A DNA stretch of 63,894 nt, counting the filler, from Octopus bimaculoides (lineage: Eukaryota), in NCBI RefSeq assembly GCF_001194135.2. It is 6 parts of 5 records of this genome, joined end to end, with 100 filler letters (N's around TTAATTAATTAA, not from the genome) between each part and the next. Parts side by side here need not be neighbours in the genome. Positions count along the whole stretch, not along the records: positions 1 to 24,828 come from NC_068982.1; positions 24,929 to 40,111 come from NC_068982.1; 4 more parts are not named here. One strand, 5' to 3'. A model generated the notes under the pieces. The model saw only the letters and a program-made list of their open reading frames with translations. It searched no databases and had not been told where the DNA came from. This document shows, in pieces, positions 22,030-36,039 of this stretch. A program made the position numbers and the translations under genes. How positions within the stretch are numbered: position 1 is the first letter of the stretch; each line of letters opens with the position of its first letter.

Positions 22030-24090
22030 ATACTTTGATAATTTGATAGGTTTTGGTCAGTATTGGCCCAAGCCATGGCTAACCTAATAGCACCATCTGG
22101 TAAAGTCATTTAAATCAGGAATCAGGCTGCGTGGCTCATTCCACTAGAAAATTATTGTTTACGGAGACATATCCAGGTGTAGGAGGTTTATCCGAGATTT
22201 TTTGAAGGAATTTTTCTAAAGACTTCTTGAACTTTATGGGGCCTGTCTCTGCTTTAATGTGTTTTTGTGTAATGTTAAAGAGAGCGGGGTCAATTGAGGT
22301 GAAATAATTGTGCCGTATTGTTGTTGTTATGTGATGCGAGTATGATTTTTGTTGTGGGCGGACAGCACGGGGCCCAAGTCTTGGGTGTATCTTAAAGGCA
22401 ATGCCAGCATCATTTGGGCAATGCTGATGGAATATTTTTCACATCATGCAGATGATGTAGCGCTCACGGCGACGTTAGAGAGAATAAAGCTTGAGATTTT
22501 TTAGTCGACCCCAATAGTCAAGGCCTGTCATGCCATCTGTCTTTTTTTGTAATTGACCTTTGAGATGCTTCAATTTTGATGATACTTTGTTTCGCATTGG
22601 GAGACCACAGTGGATAACAGTATTCAAACTGGGGTCGGGCAAAAGTGGAGAACAGAAGGATAATGGTGGGGATATCTCTCGACTGGAAAGTTCTGAGAAT
22701 CCAGGTGCACATTCTGCGGGCCATGTCAACTTTGCTGTTTATATGAGCGGCCCAGCTTATGTTGTTGTCCACAATTACTCCCAGGTCCCTGATGTTCTTG
22801 GATGCCATGAGAGTTTCACACGAAAGGAGGGAATATGGGAGTTTCAGGGTATCCTCTTTTCTGAAGTGGATTAACTCAAATGTGTCCTCATTCAGCAGCA
22901 TATTATTCTTTTCCGCCCATTGGATGACAGCCAGTAGATCTGACTGAAGGCATGTCAGGTTACCCACTTCATTGATGACCTTCTGGATCCTGGAATTATC
23001 TGCAAATCTCCTTATGTTATTGTGCTTCATGATGTCAGTAATGTCATTGATGTGGATGATGAAAAGAAGTGGACCTAACACAGTGCCTTGAGGAACATCA
23101 CTACTGACTTTGGCTGGGCTTGATTTTACTCCTTCGACTACTACGTGTTGGGTTCTGCCTGTCAGGAAACACTTGATCCATTGTAGTAACTTTCCAGAGA
23201 CACCAATGCTGGATAGTTTTTTCAAGAGGATCTTATGATCCACCCTGGCAAAGGCCTTGCTAAAATCAAGGTAGATGACATTAGTATTCGAGCCCCCTCC
23301 CAAAGCTTTCAAAATGTCATCAAGGTGATGCAGGACCTGCGTTATGCAGCTCCTTCCATTACGGAACCCATGTTGGTTGGGGTTCAGCAGTCTGTTGCTT
23401 TCAAGAAAGTTGGTTATCCGTGATCTCACCACCCTCTCAAATCCCTTGATGATATGAGAGGTGAGCGAGATCGGTTGGTAGTTCACTGCAAGAACTTGTT
23501 TCCCTTTTTGAAAACTGAGACAACAAACTGGGACAGAAAGTTTTCAGGAATATAACCGGCATCCAGTAAGTTCCTCCGCAGATTAACAAGATTAGATGCA
23601 AGTTGGTGTCGACACACCTTCAGGACACAAGCAGGGAACCTATCAGGGCCGACTGCTGAATTGTGTTTAATTTCGTTTATTGCCGCTAAGACATCAAAGG
23701 CGCCAAACGTCATGTCCGATATAGTGTGTTCAGGATTAACATCACTGATACAGTCCAGATCGGCCATATTAGGATTGCTAGAAACAGAGCAGCACTGTTT
23801 CTGCAGTATCTCACTCATGGGTTTGGCATTATCTTGGAGATTGCCATTATCAACAATTAGAGGACCAACAATAGAGACAGTGACCTTGTGTTATTTCGTA
23901 AAAGAGAAGAACACTTTGGTGTTGAGTTTTATTTTCTCAATGGCCCATTTCTTCTCAACTATTCCTTGGTTATTGATGATGGTCTTCATGTATTGCTGGA
24001 GGTTATATTTTTTTGATTCAAGCAGGGTGACAGCCATCGAATTTATGTATGGCTGTTGGCAGTATTTTAGTTTGTTTACTGCTGGTTAGA
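22030..24090 (-). mobile_element. CR1/Jockey-type LINE, RT domain largely intact (intron 3, antisense)
   Basis: ORF 22518..23486 has NYQPISLTSHIIKGFER, IYLDFSKAF.RVDH, VPQGTVLGPLLF and FADN (mutated YADD). Upstream ORF 23483..23818 has SAVGPDRFPACVLK. Confidence 0.93.
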
Positions 24091-24372
24091 AAAGACTGAA
24101 ACGGGAAACATTCTGATTCTTCTTAATGCTAATCTATTGTAGTTTTGATATGGATATGAATTTAGTGCACACATCTCACTCAGTCTGGCGGTTCGTTCGT
24201 ACACATTGCTCCTAAAAACTTCTGAACTAGTTATAATCTAATAGAATCATTCAAAACTAAATTACTGGTATCAAAGCTAGCAAAAATCATAGCCATAAGT
24301 TTTAACTTGTATTAAATTTTCTTAATTTAAGTTTGTCTCGTAACTGAATTTGTTTCTCCTTTTCACTTTCAG

Positions 24373-24501
24373 GGATCAGTAATAACCGGCTTGTTATTCC
24401 ATTACTCAAGGTTTGATGAAAGAAAACCAATAAAGAAAGTGCAAACGAAATATTTTGAAGCATTGCACAAAACTGATGACGATGATGAAGATCCATGCTT
24501 G
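24373..24501 (+). CDS. Exon 4 of the same gene
   Basis: Strong polypyrimidine acceptor tttctccttttcactttcag; 129 bp, GSVITGLLFHYSRFDERKPIKKVQTKYFEALHKTDDDDEDPCL; donor GTAATT at 24502, phase 0. Confidence 0.8.
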
Positions 24502-24828
24502 GTAATTCATATTTTCTGTAACGAAATTGATATCATCTATGTATGTCATTCTCTTCGGGAAATCGAGGACCTCTTTTATTAATAAGCATTCATTCTACAC
24601 ATGCAATGCAAAACATACACATATGTGGAGATCAACTCTCTCACATCGTTTTAAGAAGTCGAATAAGCCATATCTTGTCCATGATATTGTTATATTAACT
24701 CTTCAAAACGCTGACATTACAAACTACTTAACTATGACTGACAAGGGTTTTACAGCTAAGTCTTAGCGATGGGATAAAACCGGGGTTAAATTAGAAATGT
24801 TTCAAATACGTATGTTAAACATACGTAT

Positions 24829-24928
24829 NNNNNNNNNNNNNNNNNNNNNNNNNNNNNNNNNNNNNNNNNNNNTTAATTAATTAANNNNNNNNNNNNNNNN
24901 NNNNNNNNNNNNNNNNNNNNNNNNNNNN
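24829..24928. other. Artificial scaffold-join spacer (also 40112-40211, 48476-48575, 55791-55890, 61970-62069)
   Basis: 44 N + TTAATTAATTAA (stops in all six frames) + 44 N, repeated identically five times. Confidence 0.95.
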
Positions 24929-24973
<45 letters not shown>

Positions 24974-25265
24974 AGAAGAGAGAGAAAGAGAGGGAGAAAC
25001 AAAGAAATCTGTTATAGATGTGTGGAGTTCACTTATTTTTAACATTATATTCAAGGTAACAACTTACATTTACGTATATGTTAAAGGTATAACTTGTTAT
25101 AATCGGTAAATATATTTATACAGATTGTAGTTGTAACAAGGTATCTTCACCAAATATTATGAGATATGGCGCGAAGATTTTGCAGACATTAGAACATCTA
25201 CATTTTATGGTATTTCGGCAGTATTGTCCAGTAATACCACATATGTCTAGTGTGTATGTATACAC

Positions 25266-25296
<31 letters not shown>

Positions 25297-25747
25297 CATA
25301 CTGTATTTATCTATCAGCCCCTTCACCCTTATTCGTTCATTCCACTGTTCGTTCTTTCGTTCCCCCTCGCTCACATTTCCTTACCTTCTCTTCTTGCTCA
25401 CGTTCCCTCCACCTTTCACTTCACTGTGTCCCTATCATTTTTTCTCGCCCCTCCTTAATTCTTTTGTCCCTCTGCCTCTACCTCAATTTCTCTTCTCTTC
25501 CCATGTGACCGCTGTTCGGCTAAGCCTGATCTTTCTCTCTTGGCCGGCCGTTGTCCGTGCGACATCATTATTCCTTCCTGTGCCTGTGAAATCGTGTATC
25601 CTTGCCGTAAGGCCTTATTTCCACAGACGCCAGCTTAATTTAATTCGTCCTTACTTGAAAGACATCTGTTGTTATGTCCTGTCATTTTTATTGTATTAGT
25701 GTAACATTGTTCGTTTTTTTTTCTGTCCTTGTCTTTGTATACATTTG

Positions 25748-26000
25748 CTGCAAGGTTGTTTATGGAAGACCAGCAGTCGTCCATGCATACCAGCCTCCCC
25801 TCTCCACGCCATCCAAGGGAAAGACAAAGCCGATAGAGCATGGCACCAGTGATATCGTAACTCATTACTACAGCTGAGTGAACTGGAGCAACGTGAAATA
25901 AAGTGTCTTGCTCAAGAACACAACACGCAGCCCAATCCGGGATTCGAACTAACAACCTCACGGTCGTAAGTTCGAAGCTCTGACCACTGAGCCATGCGCC
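25748..26000 (-). mobile_element. Family C tRNA-derived SINE
   Basis: ggcgcatggctcagtggtcagag (A box), agttcgaatccc (B box), gttgtgttcttgagcaagacacttta. Confidence 0.9.
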
Positions 26001-26005
26001 TTCAT

Positions 26006-26099
<94 letters not shown>

Positions 26100-28027
26100 C
26101 TTAGCTGCTTTCTCGTATACCAGGAAAGTTATTGTTAGAAAGAATCACTGAAATAAGTTATTGTTGATGCAATGTGAGGCCTTTATATGGCTCCTGAACC
26201 CGGCCAATGACTTGCACATTCTATTGCATAATGCACAGTATAAACTCTTTTGTCATGCTTTTTTAATCCTCCAATTGTGAGGCACGCCTATATACAATCA
26301 ACTAATACCTTATCACAATTTACCATGGGTCGATTTCTGTGAGTTTTCTGTATGTTACTATGTGTATGCATATATGTATATATATGTGTGTGTTTTCGTG
26401 TGCGTGTGTGTGTGTATGTGCATGCATGTGCGTCTATGTATATATGCTTGTGTGTGTGTGTGTATCTGTATGTGTTTAAATATAATACTTTAACAATTGT
26501 GATCTAACTTGAAAACAAAAAAAAAATTAACTGCTAGCTGAGTTCCACTTTCCGTTCTGAACTTCTTACACATAGGTAGTAGTGAAGAATCATTATTCCT
26601 ATCTTCTAATAGTAATATACACCTATCCATTTATCTTCCTTTATACACACACACAACACAACTGTGTGTGCTTAAATATTACACGCACACACACACACAC
26701 ACACACATTCCATATATATATATATATATAAGATAATAAACGCCGTAACAAAAACGACAATAATGAATACTTCTAGAATCTCGTTGATAGCATAACACCT
26801 GTCAAATTGTTATAATCTTCTGTTCGTCATGCATCTCAAAATAATGGTAAATGAACCTCTATTATAATAGACCTGCTAAATCAATAACATAGTATTATTA
26901 TATACATAATTATTCCCATTTTGTAGTCCAATTTTCTCCGCTCTACATACCACTATTGGCAAATTACCTCGTCGTTCAATTTCCTGTTTCCCAACGAATA
27001 CGAGGGTTGCAATCATCCTTTCTAAACTTAGAAAATGCAAACTGGTTTGTTAGAGTCAGTTTTCCCTAGCATATTGGTTTTCATTGTTTTTTAATCGACG
27101 ATAATAATATATTTAATGTCCTATGATTTATAGCAATAATACATATGAATAAATACTCGCCAGTGCATCATTTTGAAACTAAAATCTCATTACATTTTTT
27201 AAAAAACGTTATATATCTTTACTTTAAATCTTATATATACACTCCCACTTATAGTACTGATTTGAAGACATGAATTTCTCTTATGCCTTAATTTCTAAAT
27301 ATAGAATCATGTTCAAATAATTTGTATCTTTTCAGTTAACTCTCTTAAATTTCCAATATTTATAAAAAATCTAAAAACGATACGATCGGTGTTTTCCGTA
27401 CTTCTTCCCATTTCTATTTTCCAATTACATTAACTCAGAAACACATGATCCAGCCCTTAACTACAATGTATAACCAAATTGCTTTTTTTCTATTAATCTC
27501 GGTTCCTTAGTAATTCACTTTTTTTTCTTCAATGTTAATAATTACCTTATATTATACAACACTATGTTCATTATTTAGGTTTATAATATATTGTTCTTGA
27601 GAATAAGCATATCCTCAGGTATGAAATTATAGTCAACAGATAAACAAGTTCACGGATATAGGGGAGGCGTATTATTTTTCATAACAACAAATACAACATT
27701 TGAACAATCATGAAGTAGCTCAGAAGATAGAAAAGTCATCAGAAAGTGTTTGTTTAAAATATTTTGCAAGAACACACGATGAGCTATTAGATGTGTAATA
27801 AGTTACTGGCGGATCTTGTTAATAATCTCGTCAATGCGTAAGAAGTATGTCAATTGAAAGAAACCGTGATGAAAATCTTTAAAACAAACGTGAAGAAACG
27901 TCAGCAACACCGTTACGACTGTAAGCTCCAGTCACACAGAAATATATACTGAGATAGTTTAACGTATCAGAACCTTTTCTCTTCATTTATTTCTATGTTT
28001 GTTTATTACCTTTATGCTGGTTAATAG

Positions 28028-28072
28028 AAATGTCAATATGGAATACTAAATAAGATGAGAGCGAGACTATGA
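28028..28072 (+). CDS. Putative terminal exon 5 (KCQYGILNKMRARL*)
   Basis: Long pyrimidine tract followed by ttaatag. Phase 0 continues PCL|KCQ to TGA at 28070-28072, and AATAAA occurs at 28686. It lies across a scaffold join, so it is less certain. Confidence 0.55.
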   Translation, partial: KCQYGILNKMRARL

Positions 28073-29302
28073 TCAGCTGCCAAATCTTTTTCAGGGATGA
28101 TTGAAGACTATATGCTGTAAACCATCAGAGTTTAAGAATATATCTTCAGTATTTAGCAATGATATTAAACAATTTAGCAATGATATTAAAATGCTGTTTG
28201 CGATAAAGAAATGTAAATATTTAAACATAAAGCGTAAAAGTTTATCTAAGGGAAAATATGAGTTCGTACTCTATGAAGAGAGAATAATACACTCAAATAA
28301 TTCAACATATACTTGATCACAAATACGAAATTTATCAGAACAAAATGATGACTATTTTGTCAAATTCAAGACAATTTTAAGAACTCATCGCAATGGCATA
28401 AGAAATCTATTTGCGTCAGCTCCAAAGCATAGTTCTTCGCTAGTTTAATGGCGCGTGAAAGACAAAATACAATCAACTAATAACTGATACGTATATAGAA
28501 GCATTACATATTAAACAATAAGTTTGCCACAAACCTATACATCAAAGATAAGGTGATTCCTGAGTTTCAGGAAACATTACAAGAAAACTGTCATGCTACC
28601 AACTACTTTTTTAAATTCCAAGAACACCTTTTATATAAATTTAATGGTGGTCAGAAAAACATAGCTAAGTCATTATACTCTCAACAATAAAATTCATCTT
28701 AGAAAAGAGTTATGTTTTCGAAACAATTAAAACCTGAAGACGCATTTACTTGGTTAATATTTCAAACAAACACTCTTTTGTATTAAAACTTCGCAAGCCT
28801 TAGAACGTAAAAAAAAAAAAAAGAAAATACGAAAATATTATATTGTATCATGGCAGTCAGATGATTATTAGCACACGATTAACTTGAAAATATTCCCAGA
28901 AAGAATGATGATAACAGTGTGTAACTTATCGATATAACAATACCGAATAGTTTGCGGAAACGAGGTGAAAATTTAATGAATTACATTGATCTAATTGTAG
29001 AATTTAACACCTTATAGCCGTTAAGTTATGCGTCAATCATCCCATTTTTAATTAGCTGAAGAATATGAGACCACTACTGTGAGGATAAGGTTACACACAT
29101 ATAGCTTCCATGAAATAGCAATAATAGTTTCTGCACACAATAATGCATCATTCTTACACCGTATTTATTAAACATGAATGCATAACCGTAATTACAAGCA
29201 TCTTTTTTTTTTGTTTGTTTAGTGCTTAGTGCATTGATTTTGTAAAAATATTTTGCAAGGAGGGGATTCCATTTAATATTTACATATTTCGTAGTAATGT
29301 TG

Positions 29303-29644
29303 TGTTGGTACTCCGTCGCTTACGACGTCGAGGGTTCCAGTTGATCCGATCAACGGAACAGCCTGCTCGTAAAATTAACGTGCAAGTGGTTGAGCACTCC
29401 ACAGACACGTGTACCCTTAATTCAGCGTGATACAGTGTGACAAGGCTGACCCTTTGAATTACAGGCACAACAGAAACAGGAAGTAAGAGTGAGAGAAAGT
29501 TGTGGTGAAAGAGTACAGCAAGGTTCGCCACCATACCCTGCCGAAGCCTCGTGGAGCTTTAGGTGTTTTCGCTCAATAGACACTCACCGCGATCCTATGA
29601 CCGCGAGTCCGCTGCCCTAACAACTGGGCCATTGCGCCTCCACT
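29303..29644 (-). mobile_element. Family D (OK/Ceph-like) SINE
   Basis: Reverse complement of 6221-6606 with a small internal deletion. Confidence 0.9.
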
Positions 29645-29719
29645 TCGTAGAAATAATAAAGAGAATTACGATAACAATTATAATATCAAATACAATAAAA
29701 ATTGTTTGGTTCTTTATAT

Positions 29720-29830
29720 CTTAAGCTCAACCTTGCATTTCAACTTTTCGAGGTCGATAAAATAAAGTACCAGTCTAGTACTGGTGTCGATGATATCAGC
29801 TAAGCCTCTCCTCTCGCAAATTGCAAGTAT
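29720..29830 (+). mobile_element. Family A SINE 3' fragment
   Basis: ttttcgaggtcgataaaataaagtaccagtctagtactggtgtcgat. Confidence 0.65.
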
Positions 29831-30059
29831 TTTGAATAATAATTCTAATACTACAACTAGTAATGATTTCTTTATTAACGACTAAAAGTTTACAAGAGGA
29901 GCAAAGGCGGTACATGAACATACAATCCAATGTGAAGGTACATAAAAGTGTGTAATAAGTAAAATAACTGAAACAGAGAAAATTAATATAAATCAAGAAA
30001 TAATTCTGCAAAAGAGAGAAATTTCCGTGAGTTGCTCATAGAAACTCCACAAAATATTG

Positions 30060-31990
30060 GTCAACTTGACCACTAGTGCACTCTACTCTCTCGATCTACA
30101 GGCGCATGTTCTGGAACAGACCAGCCACATAATTGTCGTCGATGACCCGAATATCGTTGAAGACTTCGTTGCACTCCCTTGAGTACCAAAGTGAAACTTC
30201 AACCGAATGCATTTTCCAACTGAGAGAGGGCTGTGAATGCCAGACAAAACTCAAGGCGCCAGGCACTCTGCCTTGGTATACGTTTGACCCAGGCTACAGT
30301 TCAGTCGAAGGGACGAGCTGTTGAAGAGCGAGTCTGATGAACACCGACTACACCTGCTTATCGTCAATGAAACGCTGGAGATATCGTAGGTTGAGCGCAT
30401 GTCTGTAAATCATCAGCTACGGCATGGTCATTCCTCCACTTGGCGGGTGTTGGAAACATATCGAGCGACTAACTTGTTGAACACATCCCTTCCGCAGAAA
30501 GCGAATGACTAAGCGTTTCCATTTCGGTGAATTGTGAACTGGTGCTAAGCGCAACGGTCAGGCGGTAATATATGACGAAGGTGATGTAATCATTCGCCAT
30601 CCCCGCTTAGCCTTTCAGGAATCGCTTTCTCTTCGACCATTCCTAGGTGAGACTGACCACACTGCTCGTCATCTCGTCTCAGTAATTCTCCACTTGCAAT
30701 TCTGACTCGGAGTAATTTAAACGGTCAGTTCATTCAGCACTCTACGACACTGTTGTACGGTACAGACCTACTGCTCCGAGTGCCCAGTTGCAAGTTCTCT
30801 GACTTTTCTTTGATTTTTCTCTGGTCACCAATTCATAGCCACTTTAAGCAGGGCCGAACACATCGATTTTCTTGATGTCAGACATTATGAAAGTAACCTT
30901 CATCCGTATGGCAACACGGTTCTTCCATGTCCTAGCTCGCGCAGGATGTTACTGAATGTCTGTAGTTTCCGCAGTACATGTCCAAGTATTAGTGCATACA
31001 GAGTAGACGAGAAACAATAACCTAGACCAACTAAGTGCAAGACATTGAACAATACCAATAGGTGACCATAGACACTGAACACAGAAAAGATATCGCAGAA
31101 CTTTACGGTAATCCAAAAGCGGAAGCAGAGACCGAAACCGGCTGCCGTGAGAATAGCCACCAAGTATTGATTGTCGAACCTATCAAGAACTTTTGATTGC
31201 TCTATATTGGCACTCATGATAGGTCTTTAGCCAACTTCGCTTTGACGTTTGATATGAGGTGGAGGTTGTTGTGGATATATTTATTGGCAGTGGCGCTTGT
31301 TTGTGTGACGTCAATTCAACTATCGATGACAAACGCCAAAATCTTTGCTAACACTTTGGCCAAAAGTTTGAATTCTGCGTTTCACAGAGTTATGGACCTA
31401 AAATTATCAATGTAATTCCCATTTTATGGGTCCTTTTTCAGCATCGCTACTCATCCTTGACATACAGAACTGGGAATTCTCCATTTCTGCTGCTTGTTGT
31501 GGTTGTTACCTACTACGAGCTCTCCCAACAAGTATGGTATATAAAAGGAAATATTGCGCCTGAACTCCGATGATGCAATCTTGGTGCTTTGTGTCAAGGA
31601 ATTTGTCATGGGCCAATCTCGCCACAAACACGTCAATTTCCTAAGCATCTTTTCTAAGTTTCCAAGTAAGCCTTCTATTTATTTTCTTTTTCGCTACGAC
31701 ATTACTAAACTTTATTATATTTACTCGAATCACTTTTTCAAGGCGATTGCTTCCTTTGTATCTGCTTAAGTAATTCACCAACCTGGTCTCTATAAACTCG
31801 TCATACAAGGAGTAAGGCGTTCAACTTCCAGTAACTGTGTCCTTGCCTACGAATGCTATCTGGATAGACCGTACAGATCAAACATTCTAGGTCACTGTAG
31901 ACGACATTTTTAAAATGTGGACATCCTGTGCTATTCTTATCTACAGACTAACTTGGAAAGGGCTGAGAGGAAAGAATTATACCGTAAATG
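30060..31990 (-). mobile_element. Long degenerate Tx1/L1-clade LINE (EN end through RT)
   Basis: QGHSYWKLNALL, DNFRSITL.NAEFKLLAKVLAK, IHNNLHL, EQSKVLDRFD (DQSKAFDRV), GFGLCFRFWI, LPYG (YADD region), VIYYRLTV, RFLRKG, HPPSGG. Confidence 0.9.
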
Positions 31991-32969
31991 TAATGGCACA
32001 AGTTTAAAACAAAAGACACAAATATATTTAATTAGTAAAATAATAAATTTAAAACAATGATTAAAACAAAATATATATGTAAAGTTTTGATCTTATACTT
32101 TTGTTGATTAGGATATCCGACTTCTACGGTCATATCTTCATTCTACGAATCCTTTCAACGTATTGTTTAATGCTGGTGTTTCTAGAATCCTCTGTGAAGT
32201 GTGCCTTGATCGGAGTGAAGGGATCTTATCTGGTGGAGAGATTACATGTAAACTTATATGCTGTAGAGAAATTTTTCAAATCATTATTTGTTTGTTTTTT
32301 AGATTTAATCTCATCTATCATCGACTTTCGTATCGTTTGGTTTGTTCTGTTGCAGTTCAAATATACGTACTACGACTTTTTATTGCCTTTTTTCTAATGT
32401 CTGTGAAAACCGTTTCAATTGGGAAGTCGATGTATTTCCCTCCCTTGGTACGGGATAACTTTTAATGGAGGCAGAATCCTCCTCATCCAAGAGGTGCTCC
32501 TCTTCTAGAGAAGTAGAATCACTTTCATAGGAAGAAGAAAGAGAAGAGATATTCTCTCCTTAGCGTGAAAGGAGAACACTCTTCTCCTTCGAATGACTCT
32601 CCTCACCATCTGTGGTGTATCCTGTCAACGCTTCTTTATTATCCCTTTAAACTCTTTCGTTTTGTTTGCTTCTGTCAATAAATCTTCTAACCGACTATCC
32701 TGTTTGGGTTTAACAGACAGGCTCTTGTCACACTGCATAAAAAAGCAACGAACTAAGTATAGGTCTATTAGATATCTATAACTAACGGTATGGTTTAGGA
32801 GATGCATAGATCAAATAAAAGATATACATGGTCGTGACATATGCTGTATATTTTTGTTCTGAATGAATGCAAGCATATATAATACTTATTGCTTTTCACT
32901 GAAAAATTCACCCTTAATTTATAATATCCATTTGAAGTAAAGCTTCGTTTAAAGAAACAAGTAAATACT

Positions 32970-33064
<95 letters not shown>

Positions 33065-33360
33065 CTCTGCATGTGTGTGTGCGTAGGTGTGGGGGCTATT
33101 TTTTCTTGCAGAATTCAAGACAGCACTTGTGGTTTGTAGGTTTCCCGATGTGTGTATTTGTGCATATATGTGCGTGGTGTATAAACGCGCGCTCGTGTAA
33201 CGGCTGTTCATGTCATATTAGTACACAATTGTGTGTATTAGTACACAAGTGTGTGTGTGTTTGTGTGTGTATGAGTGTGTGTGTATATATATGTGCGTGT
33301 GTATGAGTGTGTGTATGTGTGTATGAGTGTGTGTATGTATGAGTGTGTGTGTATGTGTGT
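32970..33360. repeat. (GT)n-rich microsatellite
   Basis: Directly visible. Confidence 0.95.
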
Positions 33361-35768
33361 GTTTCATTACTGAATATTGAGATGTTATGCACACTCAGTG
33401 ATTATTCAAGCTTTCTAACCTAAGATGAATACAAATTTGACTACATTACAAAGAAACGTAAGACTTCTTAGTGAACTATAATGTGAGCCCTTCCTTTCTT
33501 CGGGCGTTCCTAGTGATTAATATACCAACTAATCAATCATTAAGTTAATAACTGCCATTAAACAATGGACTATCTTTAGTTCAACAGCTACTAACACGTA
33601 AATGGTCAAGCCAACTTTTGGTAAATACCACATATTTTCTTTGTGGCTTTGTCAGAGCCATTATTACTGTTTGTATAATTCACAGCGATACAAGTTTATA
33701 GTACCGACTATCTGTGGAGTTGATGTCAAAGTCGATCAATTAATATTGTACTGTTTCGAATCATTTGCGTCTCTCTACTGTATATACTGTATATGCATGC
33801 TTATGTATATACGTAAGATATATATGTATATGAGCATATGTGTGCATATATTTATGAAATTGAAGTAATAATAGAAAACAGATTATTAGGTTCTTGGACC
33901 CTGGCGTTCTTCACTTATTCATTCATTTTAATAACTTAATATTCATAAAACCATCTCATTCGCAAAGTTTATCGAAATATAACAAGGTTTTAATATCATC
34001 CTTTTATTCTCGACAATCATGCAGAACAGAGAAATAAAATGAGATATTAGCGACGAAGGCAGTATTAATACCGAATGGCAATCTTTCCATCATGGTTTTG
34101 TTATTACAATGCCATATTACTGCGGTATCCGACTTAAGAGCTCCTGTCATATAGACGTAATGCACTAAGAAGCACAAGCATATCGTCAACAGACGAGAAT
34201 TGCCTAGCGTAGGTGGTAGAATAGCTAGTTCACGTGATTTCTGCGTACATGTATTTCATCAGTAGCAGGCGTCCATTCACACTATGCCGGTGAAATTCCA
34301 CTGCCAACGGCAAATAGAAAACTCGCCAGCAGGCTGTTTAAAAAATAAATAATAGCAACGAAAGTAGTATACGACTAAAGGGTATAACATAGGAAAAGCT
34401 AAAGCAACATTGTCCAAGTTATTGATATAAGCGTATTGGTCCAGTTGTTATGATCGTTTCCATCTAATTTGGAGATATCAAAATTACGATTATATTAAAA
34501 TCCCATTAGTAATAAATTCAAGATTATTTGATTTATACCTGAGGTATAGACGATAAGGTAACATGTGAAATGTTATTATTGTCAAGGTCTAATAGACACA
34601 AGGTGACCTGCAGATTGACAACTTACAGTGCCAAACACCCAGACATTTGTAAAATACGTACCACTATAAACTCGAATAGATGATTATACATACACATGGT
34701 CGTAGGTCGCTATTTATATGCACACCCTCAACCACGCATATAGACAGATTAATCAGCGGATAGGCCTAACAAACAATATAAGTTAATACGTACATATGGT
34801 TAGGTACAGAAAGTATGACACATTTCTATAACCGAGAATATGAATTTTGTTTTTTAAATTTAACATATATATGTACACACACACACACGAACACCATACG
34901 CACGTTCCCCAGTAAAAAATGACACACGCACCCTCAAAAGAAAGACACATACACATACACATACACACACAATACAATCCCAACACCCACAACAAACACT
35001 CACAAACACACAAGCATGTACACACACAATGGCACACCTGCCCGACAAATACAAAACACATAGATGCAGTCACACAAACACACCCACACGTATACACACA
35101 CACACACTGCACTAACAATACAAAGGAAACTAATCTCTCACAATTACAGCGTGCACGCACAAATGGAAACTACATAAACCATACCCCCCCCACACACACA
35201 CACACAAACGCATACTCAGTACCAACGTACACAAAAGGCACATGCAAACACATACACACCACCGGATAAACCCAACGCACAAGGACACCTAATAAATACA
35301 ACACACACATACACACTCACACATNNNNNNNNNNNNNNNNNNNNNNNNNNNNNNNNNNNNNNNNNNNNNNNNNNNNNNNNNNNNNNNNNNNNNNNNNNNN
35401 NNNNNNNNNNNNNNNNNNNNNNNNNNNNNNNNNNNNNNNNNNNNNNNNNNNNNNNNNNNNNNNNNNNNNNNNNNNNNNNNNNNNNNNNNNNNNNNNNNNN
35501 ACATACTCAGACGGAGACACATATACTCTCACATATACACACAGAACATCCCCACAAATACAAAAAACACACAAACACACATACCCACGCACTCACAGAC
35601 GCACACATACACACACGCGAACAAGCACATACAGACACATGCGCAGACACAACACCCTAACAAATATTACTCACACATACACAAACAAATGTACACACAT
35701 ATACACACGCTACAATAAACTTTGGGACCATTCAAAAACGGCCCACACACACAGACACAAACACATGT

Positions 35769-35803
<35 letters not shown>

Positions 35804-36039
35804 GACGTGCACAGAGACATTCTGACCTCTAAGACCAGTTCCAAACACCACTGAACCATGACAAACCAGCCCATAAAACAACACAAAAAATCCTTTTAAT
35901 TCTACATTGCTCTTCCTTCCTCCCACTCCAACCAGCCTCCCACACTGTCCCTTAAAATAGCCAACATTCCTTAGCTTACAAACAAGAGAGAAAACATGTC
36001 AAAAAGATGGGTCACTTCCTCTCCAATATGTTGTAAATT

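Noticed and set aside
24806-24828. 23-bp palindrome ATACGTATGTTAAACATACGTAT
   Set aside because: It is built from (ATGT)-like low complexity and abuts a scaffold end, so it may be an assembly effect.
28151-28190. 21-bp tandem duplication in the putative 3' UTR
   Set aside because: A simple slippage duplication with no evidence of function.
30900-31217. 105-aa membrane-protein-like ORF
   Set aside because: It is the degenerate RT core of the Tx1 element.
31197-31415. ORF with signal-peptide-like MRWRLLWIYLLAVALVCV
   Set aside because: It is the antisense of the Tx1 RT motif (NAEFKLLAKVLAK...HNNLHL).
33686-34170. Two short AG/GT-bounded candidate exons (ORFs 33602..33868 + and 34004..34189 -)
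   Set aside because: The splice sites are weak and the peptides unrecognised; this is expected by chance in AT-rich DNA.
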